Below, in pieces: positions 47,164-56,911 of a stretch of 64,000 bases of DNA. Origin of the DNA: Acidobacteriota bacterium (GTDB taxonomy: Bacteria; Acidobacteriota; UBA890; WLXD01). The translations under genes were made by a program, and so were the position numbers. The notes under the pieces are model-generated. The model saw nothing but the letters and a program-made list of their open reading frames with translations, made no database searches and had not been told where the DNA came from. The first letter of the stretch is position 1. Each line of letters starts with the position of its first letter. The DNA is taken from positions 1-64,000 of the forward strand of contig CAXWPL010000004.1 in NCBI GenBank assembly GCA_963666215.2. Reading direction: 5' to 3'.

Positions 47164-48228
47164 TCACTGCGAAGCCAGCCGCGCCGCGATCTTGGGCAAC
47201 GACGTCAGCACGGTCTCCCCGACAGCCTCGAGACTGCTCGCCGACAGCTTGTCGAAGGTGTCGAACGGCGAGTGCCAGTAGCGGTTGCTGCGGCCGTAGT
47301 CGAAGTCGATCAGGTCGACAGCCGCAACGCCGGCGCGGACGAACGGTATGTGGTCGTCTTCTATGGCGCGCATCGCGTTGGGGAATTCGCGGCCGTGGCC
47401 GATCTCCGCCGCCGTGTTCCAGATGATCTCGGTGAGCCACGGGCTCGAATTACCCTCGCGTTCGATCCCGAGGTCGGCGTCGCCGATCATGTCGAGCAGG
47501 ATCAGCGCGCCGATCTCACCCAGCGTGCCTCCCGCCTGCAGCTCGGCCACCATATGGCGGCTACCGTACGTGCTGTCCTCGGCCGTCCATTGCACCACCG
47601 CCTCCTCGCCATCGAAGAAGACGATACGTACCGGCATCGACGCAGGATGCTCGGCGAGAACGCGAGCGAGCTCCAGCAGGATGCCGGCGCTGGAGGCACC
47701 ATCGTTGGCGCCCACGAAGTCGACGCCCTCGAACAGCTTGGTGTCGAAGTGGCCACTCAGAACAATCACCTGTCCCTCGGTCTCGCCGTTGGCCGCCGGA
47801 ACCGTGGTGATGATGTTCGCCATCTCGACCTCACCAATCGGGGTGGCCGCCGTGAACGGATCGCGGGCGGGCAGCAGCCGATAGCTCCTGAGCGCCTCCT
47901 CGATGTAGACGCGATTCTCCTCGAGAGCGGCGCTCCCCAGCGGCCGCGGCCCCATGTCGACCATCGCTTTTGCGTGCGCCAGCGCCCTCTCGCCATCGAA
48001 GGCCCGCGCCGCCATTCCAAGCTCGTGCTGTGTCCCGCTCTCGGCCCCCGGCTCTGTGCTCAACTGCGCCTGGGGATGCGCGGGACCAGGACCGGGACCG
48101 GGACCGGGCACCGCACCGAGCAAGATCAGCGCAACGCCCACAGAACCGGCCACCCGAGCGAGCACCGCGGCGGCTGGCGTTCGGCGCCATGAGAAGCGCC
48201 TAGAATCTCCGGATCGTTTTCGCCGCAT
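47164..48228 (-). CDS. M28-family peptidase (glutaminyl cyclase-like)
   Basis: GHFDTK, GANDGAS, FDGEE, LDMIGD, DDHIPF, WHSPFD. Confidence 0.9.
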   Translation of the reverse strand: MRRKRSGDSRRFSWRRTPAAAVLARVAGSVGVALILLGAVPGPGPGPGPAHPQAQLSTEPGAESGTQHELGMAARAFDGERALAHAKAMVDMGPRPLGSAALEENRVYIEEALRSYRLLPARDPFTAATPIGEVEMANIITTVPAANGETEGQVIVLSGHFDTKLFEGVDFVGANDGASSAGILLELARVLAEHPASMPVRIVFFDGEEAVVQWTAEDSTYGSRHMVAELQAGGTLGEIGALILLDMIGDADLGIEREGNSSPWLTEIIWNTAAEIGHGREFPNAMRAIEDDHIPFVRAGVAAVDLIDFDYGRSNRYWHSPFDTFDKLSASSLEAVGETVLTSLPKIAARLASQ

Positions 48229-48325
48229 GTCGTCACCTCATCAGTTCTTCAATGGCGGCCGCCAGGCGCGCCAGGTTTCCAGCTGGTTTCGAGTTGTTTC
48301 CAGTGCTCGATCTCCGTCGACCTCG

Positions 48326-49441
48326 ATGATGCCAATCGCAACACGGCAGCGCACCTCTGGCGCCTCGCGCAGCTCCTCTCTTATTGCGCAATCGCCTCCG
48401 CTCCTGCCGCCCTTCGTGCCTCCCCTGTGGCTTCACGGCGGTCACGCGCAAACGCTCTGGGCAAACTACGCTGAGCGCGCCACGAACACGGAACCTCTGG
48501 TTGAAGGTGCAACAGTAATCCACGTCAGGGTCGAGGATGGTGACGAGCTGCGCGTTCACTGGACGCAGAGTCCGAAGAAGAACGCCGCCGCGCCGCCTGC
48601 GAGAAGCGATGTCGCGTCCGGTCACCCTGTTCTGCTGTTGCTGCACGGGCTCACGGGATGCGCCGGCTCGCCGGGCCTGACCGCCCTGGGGGCGAAGGCG
48701 CTCGATAGAGGTTTCGACGTCGTCCGCGTTGATTTGCGCAATGCCTTCGGCGATACGCCGAGCGTCGGTGTGGGCCACGCCGGCCGCTCCGAAGACTTCC
48801 GAGCGGCGCTCGATCATATCGGCCTCGTGGCTCCTGGCCGGCCCGTGTGCGCCATCGGCCAGTCGATGGGCGGCAACATCGCCCTCAAGGCCGCCGGCGA
48901 GTACGGCAACGCCGCACCGCCCCAGCTGCGAGCCGTCGTGGGGATCTCGGTCCCTATCGACCTCGACGCCGCGAGCACCTTGATCGACCGACGTTCGAAC
49001 TGGCCCTACCGACGCTATTTCCTTCGCCGCCTCGAGCAGATCTTCGCCATACGCTCTGGCCTCAACCCCGAAATCTATCGCGGCGTGCAATACCGTGGCA
49101 TGCGCACGCTGCGCGAATTCGACAACGCGGTCGTTGCCGGCATCTGCGACTTCGCCGACGCGGACGACTACTACCGGCGCTCCAGCAGCGTTCGCACGAT
49201 CGACCAGGTTCGAGTGCCAACGCTGCTGATCCAGTCGCGCGACGATCCCTTCGTCCCTTTCGCGTCGTACGGCGACCCACGGGTTCGGAACAACCCTTGC
49301 GTCACACTGGCTTCAACGCCACGTGGTGGACACGTGGGCTTCTACGCACGCTCCGCGGCCGACGATGTCGACCGCTACTGGGCGGAGAATCGGGCCCTCG
49401 ATTTTTGCGCCAGCTCGTTGTGCGGAGCTAGCCCCAGCTGA
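48326..49441 (+). CDS. YheT-like alpha/beta hydrolase (start uncertain)
   Basis: GHAQTL, LHGLTG, GQSMGG, DDPFVP, GGHVGF. Confidence 0.9.
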   Translation: MMPIATRQRTSGASRSSSLIAQSPPLLPPFVPPLWLHGGHAQTLWANYAERATNTEPLVEGATVIHVRVEDGDELRVHWTQSPKKNAAAPPARSDVASGHPVLLLLHGLTGCAGSPGLTALGAKALDRGFDVVRVDLRNAFGDTPSVGVGHAGRSEDFRAALDHIGLVAPGRPVCAIGQSMGGNIALKAAGEYGNAAPPQLRAVVGISVPIDLDAASTLIDRRSNWPYRRYFLRRLEQIFAIRSGLNPEIYRGVQYRGMRTLREFDNAVVAGICDFADADDYYRRSSSVRTIDQVRVPTLLIQSRDDPFVPFASYGDPRVRNNPCVTLASTPRGGHVGFYARSAADDVDRYWAENRALDFCASSLCGASPS

Positions 49442-49539
49442 GTCAAGGAGTCGGCACGCGTTCGAGCCCACCTCTGCTCCTCCGCGGGGGCTGCTAGTCT
49501 GAAGCCGATCGGTCGCAGCTCAATCTCCCCTTCGTTGTC

Positions 49540-52140
49540 ATGCTCACAGCGCGCGCAACGCTCGCCCTCCTGATCGCCGCCGGCACGCTAGCTCCTGACC
49601 TCGGGCTGACTCTGACCTCCGAGGACCCGGATCCGCTGCCGGAGCTGTATCAGGCGCTGCAGAACGCGCAGCTCCGATCCGCAGGGGCGCTGCGCAACAG
49701 CAGCTTCGAGGTCGACCGTATCCGCTTCCATTTCGGCGAAGGTGAGCTGTACCTACTCGACCCTGCCGCCGGCGTGGTCACGGGCGCCGTGGTTCTCGGA
49801 AAGGGCACCATCCGGGTGCGGCCGCCAAGTGCCGTGGAGCGCCAGCAGCTCGACAAGCACCTCGACGAGGAGGAGCTCGACGAGGAGTTCAACGGCCTCG
49901 TCATGCGCTTCACCGACGACTCCGCCGAGCGCCTGCGGGCGCTGACCACGGCGGCTCGCAAGCCCGACGTCGGCAAGGCACAGAAGCTGTATCGCGACCG
50001 CATCAAGAAGGCTCTCGAGAACCGGCTGACAGACCTCGACGCGCGCGTGCTGCACGATTTGGTGAGCGTCGCACGTGGCCAGGTCGCGAGCTCGAGTCTG
50101 AATGAGGTAGGCAGGCGTCAGGGGTACTTCGCCGCCGAGGTCGACGCCAAGGGTTGGTTTACCGTCGATGTCGACCCCTTGAATCGCGAGGAGATTCGCA
50201 TCTTCCAGGCACGTGATCTACGCCGCACATGGGATCACTGGACACACTTTCATGTGGCCTCCGACTACCCCGCCGGCGGCGACGAGCCGGAGGGTGGCAG
50301 CCCCGCCGCGCCGCAGGCCACTCTCGAGGGCTGGACACCGGCCATTCGACAGCTCGAGGTCGCGGTGGACCTGCTGCTCGACAACGGGGAGGAAGTCGAA
50401 GGCAACGCTGAGCTGCTGCTCGAGGCCACACGGCCGCTCGATGCGCTGCGACTGCAGATTTCGCCGATTCTCGACGTCAGTCAGATTCGCTTCGCTGTGC
50501 CGCCCGTCGATCGAGGCGGCAGCGGCAGCCCCGCGCCGTCGACGCAGCCGACGATACCGCGCTCCGACTCTACGCTCGACAGCCCGCCGGGCGAGCTCCC
50601 CGACATCGAGGGTGACCCGCTCGAGTTCGTCCAGGCTCACGTGGGACGTGGCCTCAACGAAGATCGCTGGGACCCGCGCGTAACCGTTGTGCTGCCGCGC
50701 ACGATGGCCGCCGGCGAGCGCTTCCTACTGCGATTCCGCTATTCGGGTGACCTGCTCGCAAGGTTGCGCGCCGGCGACTTCGTAGTGCGCGACACCGAGA
50801 CCTGGTACCCGCGCGACCCGGAAGCGGGACGGGCAAAGTACGACATGACCTTCCGCATGCCCGATCGCTACCGCGTCGCGAGCGGCGGCACTCTCGTTGA
50901 TGAGCAACTGCTCGATGGCAAGCGTGTTGCCCGCTGGGTCGTCGACGAGCCCGTTGCCGCGATGTCGTTCCACTACGGTCGCCTGGACGTCGACGAGTAC
51001 ACACCCGAAGGGATACCGCCCATCTCGATCTACACCAGCCCCAACACCCTCGGATTCGCGCCCGGCGCGCGCGAAAAGACACTCGAGGACATCAGCGGAG
51101 CGCTCGGTCTCTACACCCACTACTTCGGCCCGCCGCCGTTCAACAAGCTCGTGCTCACCGAGACGGCCTCGTCGAGCGGCCAGTCGTTTCCCGGCTTCGT
51201 GCGCATCAGCTTCGCCACCTCGGGCGGCATGCATACCGGCGAGGCCGAGCTCTTCCGCACCCACGAGCTCGCCCACCAGTGGTGGGGCAATGCCATCGGC
51301 TGGGATACCTACCGCGACCAGTGGATGTCGGAGGGATTCGCGCAGTACGCCGCCGCTCTCTACGTGCTGGAGGGACTCGGCGAGGAAGACAAGTTCCTCG
51401 AGATGATGTCGGCTTGGAGCAAAGACGTGCGCGGACAAATGGACGTCGCACAGGCGATTGGCGTGCGCCACTACGGTTTTTCGCCCGGCGCCATGCGCGT
51501 TAGCGATGGCAACAAGACGGGTGCGCTGTGGGTGGGCTATCGCCTCAATTCCGACGACACGCCCATCGACTACCGCGTGCAGATCTACGAGAAGGGCGCG
51601 TATGTGCTGCACATGTTGCGCATGATGCTGGTCGACTGGGAGGGGCCCTCCGGATCTTCTGAAAGCGCCGAGGACGGCGGGCTCGAGCGCAACAGCGAGC
51701 GGTCAGAATCGCCCTCAATCGGTGACGACACCCGCTTCCGCCGGATGATGCGCGAGTTCTCGGTTGCCAACGTCGGCAAGGACCCCAGCACCGAGGATTT
51801 TCTTGCTGCCGTGTCGCGGGCTTTCGACCAGCCCATGGACTGGTTCTTCGATCAATGGGTTTACGGCACGGAGGTCCCCGTTTACCGCGCCGACCTCGAA
51901 GCCGAGCGCGATCCCGATGGAACCTGGCACCTGCGCGGCCGCGTTCGCCAGGAGGACGTGGCCGACGACTTCCGCATGCCCGTTCCCATCCGCGTGAGTT
52001 ACGAGAATCAAGAGCCCATTGTCCATACGATCTGGGTCGACCGACCCGAGGTCGAGGTTGATCTACCGCTGCCCGATCGTGACAAGCCCGACGACATTGA
52101 ATTCAACGTCATGTTCGCCGTGCTGGCGCAGGTCAAATAG
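49540..52140 (+). CDS. M1-family zinc aminopeptidase
   Basis: HELAHQWWGN...WMSEG; YEKGAYVLHMLR; WFFDQWV. Confidence 0.92.
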   Translation: MLTARATLALLIAAGTLAPDLGLTLTSEDPDPLPELYQALQNAQLRSAGALRNSSFEVDRIRFHFGEGELYLLDPAAGVVTGAVVLGKGTIRVRPPSAVERQQLDKHLDEEELDEEFNGLVMRFTDDSAERLRALTTAARKPDVGKAQKLYRDRIKKALENRLTDLDARVLHDLVSVARGQVASSSLNEVGRRQGYFAAEVDAKGWFTVDVDPLNREEIRIFQARDLRRTWDHWTHFHVASDYPAGGDEPEGGSPAAPQATLEGWTPAIRQLEVAVDLLLDNGEEVEGNAELLLEATRPLDALRLQISPILDVSQIRFAVPPVDRGGSGSPAPSTQPTIPRSDSTLDSPPGELPDIEGDPLEFVQAHVGRGLNEDRWDPRVTVVLPRTMAAGERFLLRFRYSGDLLARLRAGDFVVRDTETWYPRDPEAGRAKYDMTFRMPDRYRVASGGTLVDEQLLDGKRVARWVVDEPVAAMSFHYGRLDVDEYTPEGIPPISIYTSPNTLGFAPGAREKTLEDISGALGLYTHYFGPPPFNKLVLTETASSSGQSFPGFVRISFATSGGMHTGEAELFRTHELAHQWWGNAIGWDTYRDQWMSEGFAQYAAALYVLEGLGEEDKFLEMMSAWSKDVRGQMDVAQAIGVRHYGFSPGAMRVSDGNKTGALWVGYRLNSDDTPIDYRVQIYEKGAYVLHMLRMMLVDWEGPSGSSESAEDGGLERNSERSESPSIGDDTRFRRMMREFSVANVGKDPSTEDFLAAVSRAFDQPMDWFFDQWVYGTEVPVYRADLEAERDPDGTWHLRGRVRQEDVADDFRMPVPIRVSYENQEPIVHTIWVDRPEVEVDLPLPDRDKPDDIEFNVMFAVLAQVK

Positions 52141-52253
52141 GTGGAACAAGCCACAATCGGCAATGGCGCCGCGACTCTTGGCCCCACGATCGGCCACCGC
52201 CCAGCGGCTCGTGACGTGGGCCGATCGCTCCGCGCCGCCAAGTGAGGACGTAG

Positions 52254-52664
52254 TTGTCGACAATCGCCGAGTGGCCGGTACTCTGGCTCGCCGTTCTGGG
52301 CAGCGCCGCCGCGGGGCTCGCTACCGGCGTGGGCGCGCTGCCTGTGTTCATCCCGCATGCCCGAGGGCCTGGTCGTCGCCCTGGCGCTGGTGACCGAGCG
52401 CTACACACGCACGCAGGCCTTCACGGTCGCCCTACTGTCGGGCGCCTTTTGGAGCCGGTGGGAGGCCTGATAGGAGCCGGCCTCGTCGGGATCGCCCTGT
52501 CGTTGCTGCCGGTGGCGATGGGATTCGCCGCGGGAGCCATGCTCTACGTCATCAGCAAAGAGATCATCCCCGAGTCGCACCGGGGCGGCCACGAGAGCGC
52601 GGCAACCGGCGGCGTGCTGGTGGGCTTCGTGATCATGACGATGCTGGACGTCGTACTCGGTTGA
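52254..52664 (+). pseudogene. ZIP (ZupT/GufA) metal transporter with an internal deletion and frameshifts
   Basis: TM1 AGLATGVGALP is joined directly to MPEGLVVAL (another frame), then EPVGG...FAAGAMLYVISKEIIPESH; the middle helices are absent. Confidence 0.85.
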
Positions 52665-52759
52665 CACAACGCCTCGCTCGTCGCCCGCGGCGTGTGCTTG
52701 AAGACTCCGCCTGATCCCCGTGTCACGGCCGCGTTCCGGGCCAGCCCCTGTGAGATTCG

Positions 52760-53332
52760 ATGAGCAATCAAGCCGTCCAGAACCGACCCCCCGGCGGAGT
52801 TACTCTGGCTTTCGCCGACGCACTCGCGATCGTCTGGGCCGTGCCGGCCCAAGCTCAGCAGGCCCCGCAAGCTCCGCCGGCACCGTCTGTCGAGATCCGC
52901 AACGCCAAGCTGCTCGGCGACGACCTGCTGCTAGGTGGCCAACCGACGCGCGAACAACTCCAAGAGATCGCGGAGGCGGGCTACGTGACGGTGATCGACC
53001 TGCGTATGCCCGACGAGGATCGAGGCTTCGACGAGCCCGCGGTCGCCAAGGAGCTCGGCCTCGGGTACCACTCGCTCCCGGTTGCTGGCGCCGACGGCAT
53101 GACACGAGAGAACGCCAGCCGCCTCGCCGAGCTGCTCGCCGACACCGAGCGACGTCCAGTGGTGATCCACTGTGGCAGCGGTAACCGCGTCGGTGGGCTC
53201 CTGGCGCTTCAGGCGTTCTACGTCGACGGCCTGAGCGCCGACGAGGCCCTCCAACTCGGCCTCGACAACGGCCTGACGTCGCTCAGCGAGGCCGTTCGCG
53301 AGCACCTGCGACGAGCCGGAAGCCAAAGATAG
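52760..53332 (+). CDS. DUF442/PTP-like sulfurtransferase-domain protein, probably exported
   Basis: GGQP, VIDLR, HCGSGNR. Confidence 0.8.
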   Translation: MSNQAVQNRPPGGVTLAFADALAIVWAVPAQAQQAPQAPPAPSVEIRNAKLLGDDLLLGGQPTREQLQEIAEAGYVTVIDLRMPDEDRGFDEPAVAKELGLGYHSLPVAGADGMTRENASRLAELLADTERRPVVIHCGSGNRVGGLLALQAFYVDGLSADEALQLGLDNGLTSLSEAVREHLRRAGSQR

Positions 53333-53334
53333 GG

Positions 53335-53404
53335 CTAGCCTAGCTTGCTGTAGAGCACGAACACGCCCATCACCACGAGAAAGAGCGCGAAAGCCCTACG
53401 CAGG
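53335..53404 (-). pseudogene. 3' relic of a probable TauE/SafE sulfite exporter
   Basis: Manual translation LRRAFALFLVVMGVFVLYSKLG*, directly downstream of the YeeE pair. Confidence 0.55.
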
Positions 53405-53419
53405 CATAGGCCCTTACGG

Positions 53420-53845
53420 TCAGTGTGGCAGGGACGGACGAAACCGACCGTACGTCCAGGCACCGACGAGCGCGGCCACAAGGACAACAACGTAGGCCGA
53501 GTAGCCGCCGCCGATCAGCGCGTAGGTGGGGCCCGGGCAAGCGCCGGTGAGCCCCCAGCCGAGCCCGAAGGCGGTGCCGCCAAGCCAGTGCCGCGTGGAA
53601 GGCGACTCGGCCACGCGTGAGAGTCCCAGCAGCCGGCGGCCGATCGCCGCGACCGAGATTGCCGAGGCGATCACGCCGTACATGTGGAAGCTCTGGAAGC
53701 GGAACATCTCCTGAATGCGAAACCAGGAGACGACCTCCGACTTCACCAGGACAACGCCGAACGCGATGCCGACAAGGAGGAACGGCCACAGCCTCTGGGT
53801 CGAGCTGCCGGCGCCGCTGGCCCGCACATCGGTCGAAGCATCCAT
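53420..53845 (-). CDS. YeeE/YedE-family sulfur transporter subunit
   Basis: WFRIQEMFRFQSFHMYG; FGLGWGLTGACPGP. Confidence 0.92.
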   Translation of the reverse strand: MDASTDVRASGAGSSTQRLWPFLLVGIAFGVVLVKSEVVSWFRIQEMFRFQSFHMYGVIASAISVAAIGRRLLGLSRVAESPSTRHWLGGTAFGLGWGLTGACPGPTYALIGGGYSAYVVVLVAALVGAWTYGRFRPSLPH

Positions 53846-53851
53846 CGTCCG

Positions 53852-54415
53852 CTAGCCCCCGAGAACCAGCGGCAGCAGGAAGTGCGTCGCCGCAAGCCCT
53901 CCCGCGAAAAAGCCAAGGACCGCGCCGAGCGACGAGAGCCGCAGCTCGGCGAGCCCGGTGATCGCGTGCCCTGACGTGCAGCCGTTGGCATACCGCGTCC
54001 CGAAGCCGACCAGGAATCCGCCCACAACCATCGCCATAAAGCCGCCGACGGAGGCCAGCCGGTCCCAGGCAAACAGCTCGCTCGGAGCGAGCCCACCGAA
54101 GTCATGCAGTCCCAGCGTCTCCAGAGCGGCGCGCGTCGCAGGCGCCAGATCGACCTCCGCCGCGCTCGGAAGCAGCGTCGCCGCCGCGACGCCGCCCAGA
54201 AGGATCCCGAACACGAAGATCAGGTTCCAACCACCCTCCGAACGCCAGTCGTAGCGGAAGTACTCGGCCTTACCCGGCACCATCGCGGCGCAGGCATGGC
54301 GCAAGCTCGAAGAAACTCCGAAGCGGCGGCCCAGCAGGTGCAGCACCGGTACCAACAGTCCGATCAACGGCCCCGCGACGTACCACGGCCACGGGCCGGT
54401 TGCGGCCTCGTACAT
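53852..54415 (-). CDS. YeeE/YedE-family sulfur transporter subunit
   Basis: PWPWYVAGPLIG; GFGTRYANGCTSGHAITG. Confidence 0.93.
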   Translation of the reverse strand: MYEAATGPWPWYVAGPLIGLLVPVLHLLGRRFGVSSSLRHACAAMVPGKAEYFRYDWRSEGGWNLIFVFGILLGGVAAATLLPSAAEVDLAPATRAALETLGLHDFGGLAPSELFAWDRLASVGGFMAMVVGGFLVGFGTRYANGCTSGHAITGLAELRLSSLGAVLGFFAGGLAATHFLLPLVLGG

Positions 54416-54437
54416 CGCTCGGTCTCGCTCTCAGATC

Positions 54438-54800
54438 CTAGCGGCGGAAACCGTACTCGAGCGTGAAGAACTGCGGCCCCAGCTCAGCCAGAGGTCCGCG
54501 CAGCTGCGCGATCTCGCTCTCGGGGCCATGGACCTCGAGCCTCGTGATATCCGCGATCTTCAGCGCCTCCTGAAACGCTTCGCCGACGTTCTCGAGGTGC
54601 GCCAGAACGCCGGCAGCATTCGCGTATCCCTCGCGGCAGTGAGCCTGATCGCCGTCGAAGCTGAAGCCGTAGAACAGCACGGCGCTCTCCTGCGACGCCT
54701 GCTCCATGAAGCCCTCGCAGAGCGCCTTGAACTCGTCCAGCTTGCCTTCATGGACCTTGAAGTAGGGGACGAATGTGCAACAGGTGTCCGATGGCGCCAT
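54438..54800 (-). CDS. ABM-like (dimeric alpha/beta barrel) protein
   Basis: PYFKVHEGKLDEFK...REGYANAAGVLAHL; GGAGG-like RBS region. Confidence 0.8.
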   Translation of the reverse strand: MAPSDTCCTFVPYFKVHEGKLDEFKALCEGFMEQASQESAVLFYGFSFDGDQAHCREGYANAAGVLAHLENVGEAFQEALKIADITRLEVHGPESEIAQLRGPLAELGPQFFTLEYGFRR

Positions 54801-54887
54801 GTTCTCGTACCTTTCTGGAGGTGTTGGTAAGAATCGAAGAACTGTGGTTTCTCCCGCACCGAGTTACCAACCGTCAGGAGGCACTCG

Positions 54888-55283
54888 ATGGCGAAGGCCA
54901 TACACAGCATGATCCGGGTGATCGATCTCGATCGCTCGATCGCATTCTACCGGCTGGCGCTGGGGCTCGAGGTGGCCGACCGTTTCGATTTCGACGACTT
55001 CGTCCTGGTCTACCTGCGCAACGAGGAATCGGAGTTCGAGCTCGAGCTGACACTCAACAAGGACACCACCGAGCCCTACGATCACGGCACCGCGTACGGC
55101 CATTTCGCCGTCAGCGTGGACGATGCCCACGCCGAACACGCGCGCTTCGTCGCCGCGGGGCTGATGCCCGACGACGTCAAGGAGCTGCACCGCGACAGCT
55201 CGCTGCTGGGACGGTTCTTCTTCGTCACCGACCCCGACGGTTATCGAGTCGAGGTACTCGATCGAGGCGGGCGATTCCGGTAG
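54888..55283 (+). CDS. VOC/lactoylglutathione lyase family protein
   Basis: HSMIRV.DLDRSIAFY, ELELT.N, YGHFA, DPDGYRVE. Confidence 0.92.
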   Translation: MAKAIHSMIRVIDLDRSIAFYRLALGLEVADRFDFDDFVLVYLRNEESEFELELTLNKDTTEPYDHGTAYGHFAVSVDDAHAEHARFVAAGLMPDDVKELHRDSSLLGRFFFVTDPDGYRVEVLDRGGRFR

Positions 55284-55479
55284 CACAAACACCCCGGTCT
55301 CCGCGCTCTGCTGAGGACCTCACCGCCTGAAGTCGGGCAACGGGACCTTACCTCTGCCCCTCGGTGGCGTGTCAATCAGGGCTACCGATCTCCCTGTAAG
55401 GACGGCGGCCGCGACGCTAGAATGCAGCTGATCCGTTCGCGAAACGAACCGTACCCGCCCAACTCCGGAGACAATCCAC

Positions 55480-56895
55480 ATGAGAAAGCGACCTGCGCTG
55501 TTCCTACAGCTGGCCCTTGTCGGAGCACTCACCGTCTCCGGAGTCGCGCAGGGCCAGCAGAGTGCGCAGGACCGCAGGATGTGGATCGACTCGAACGCCC
55601 GGACCACCGACGACCCGCGGCGTATTCCTATACCCCCGGGCCCGCAGGGTCCCGAGGGCACTCTGGTGCTTACCGGAGGACGGATCTTCGACGGAACCGG
55701 GGCTGCCGTGCGCCCGGGCACCCTGGTCATCGAACGCAACCGAATCGCGGAGATCCTGCCCGCCGGGTCAACGGATTGGCCTGCCGATGCCGAGGTGATC
55801 GATGTTGGCGGCAAGACCATCCTGTCCGGCCTCATCGACATCCATACTCATATCAGCGAGGCCATGCCGCCCCTCGATGACGGCCCCACGGTGATCTCGA
55901 ACGAAGCGATCCATACGCTCCATGCCGTCGAGCGCATGCGCTTCTATATCGAGAGCGGCATCACGACAGTTCGCGACCTCGGATCACATGGCGACATCCC
56001 GTTTCGCCTCAAGGACTTCGTCACCCAGAACCGCATACCCGGCCCCCGCCTTTTCGCCGCCGGCCAGGAGATCACGGGTACGGGTGGGCATCCAGCCGAG
56101 GGGATGCACATGAACGACCCGCTGGTCAACGCGGAGCGCACCGTTGACGGGGCAGACGCCTGGCGAAAGGCGGTGCGCGAACAGTTCAACAAGGGCGCCG
56201 ACCTGATCTCGGTCACGAATATGTTCAGCCGCGAAGAAATCACAACCGCCGTGGAAGAGGCCCACGCGCTGGGCATCAAGGTTTCGGTCGACGCCGGCGT
56301 CCACTCCTGGGGCTCCTCCTGGGCCACCGGGATGTTCTACCTCGAGTGGGCTGTCGAGGCCGGCGTCGACGTAGTGGAGCACATGGCGCCGCGCACCGAC
56401 GAGACCATCCAGTTGATGGCGGCGAAGGGCATCGCGTCCTCTCCGACAATGCGCCACGCCGAGGCGATGGACCAGATCACCGCCGGCGATTCGGTTATGG
56501 AGCTCTTTCGCAGGCAGAAGCGTGCGGGAATCAAGATGGCCATCGGTACCGACGAGGGAGGCACCGACGGGCTGCCCAACAGCTACATCGGGCAGCTGCA
56601 TCTGTTCGTCGAGGGCGGCTATACGATCACCGAAGCGCTCGTTGCGGCGACCAAGACCGGCGCTGAGATCCTCGATATGGACGACAAGCTGGGGACGATC
56701 GAGCCGGGCAAGCTGGCCGACATCACCGTCTTCGACGGCACACCGGATGTCGATCTCGACGATCTCGCCAACGTCAACCTCGTGATCCGCGACGGCCACG
56801 TGCTCGTCTGGGAAGGGCGCGTGTTTGTCCCGCGTCATGTGTCGGCGGGTGAGGATCGGGGCGCCGTAGGCAGGCTACCGATTCAATCGCAGTAA
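55480..56895 (+). CDS. Exported amidohydrolase-family protein
   Basis: GLIDIHTH, GITTVRDLG, IGTD, GTIEPGKLAD. Confidence 0.9.
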   Translation: MRKRPALFLQLALVGALTVSGVAQGQQSAQDRRMWIDSNARTTDDPRRIPIPPGPQGPEGTLVLTGGRIFDGTGAAVRPGTLVIERNRIAEILPAGSTDWPADAEVIDVGGKTILSGLIDIHTHISEAMPPLDDGPTVISNEAIHTLHAVERMRFYIESGITTVRDLGSHGDIPFRLKDFVTQNRIPGPRLFAAGQEITGTGGHPAEGMHMNDPLVNAERTVDGADAWRKAVREQFNKGADLISVTNMFSREEITTAVEEAHALGIKVSVDAGVHSWGSSWATGMFYLEWAVEAGVDVVEHMAPRTDETIQLMAAKGIASSPTMRHAEAMDQITAGDSVMELFRRQKRAGIKMAIGTDEGGTDGLPNSYIGQLHLFVEGGYTITEALVAATKTGAEILDMDDKLGTIEPGKLADITVFDGTPDVDLDDLANVNLVIRDGHVLVWEGRVFVPRHVSAGEDRGAVGRLPIQSQ

Positions 56896-56911
56896 CCCGG
56901 TGGATGGCCCA

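Noticed and set aside
48082-48108. GGGACC hexamer repeat
   Set aside because: Encodes a simple Gly-Pro linker after the M28 signal region.
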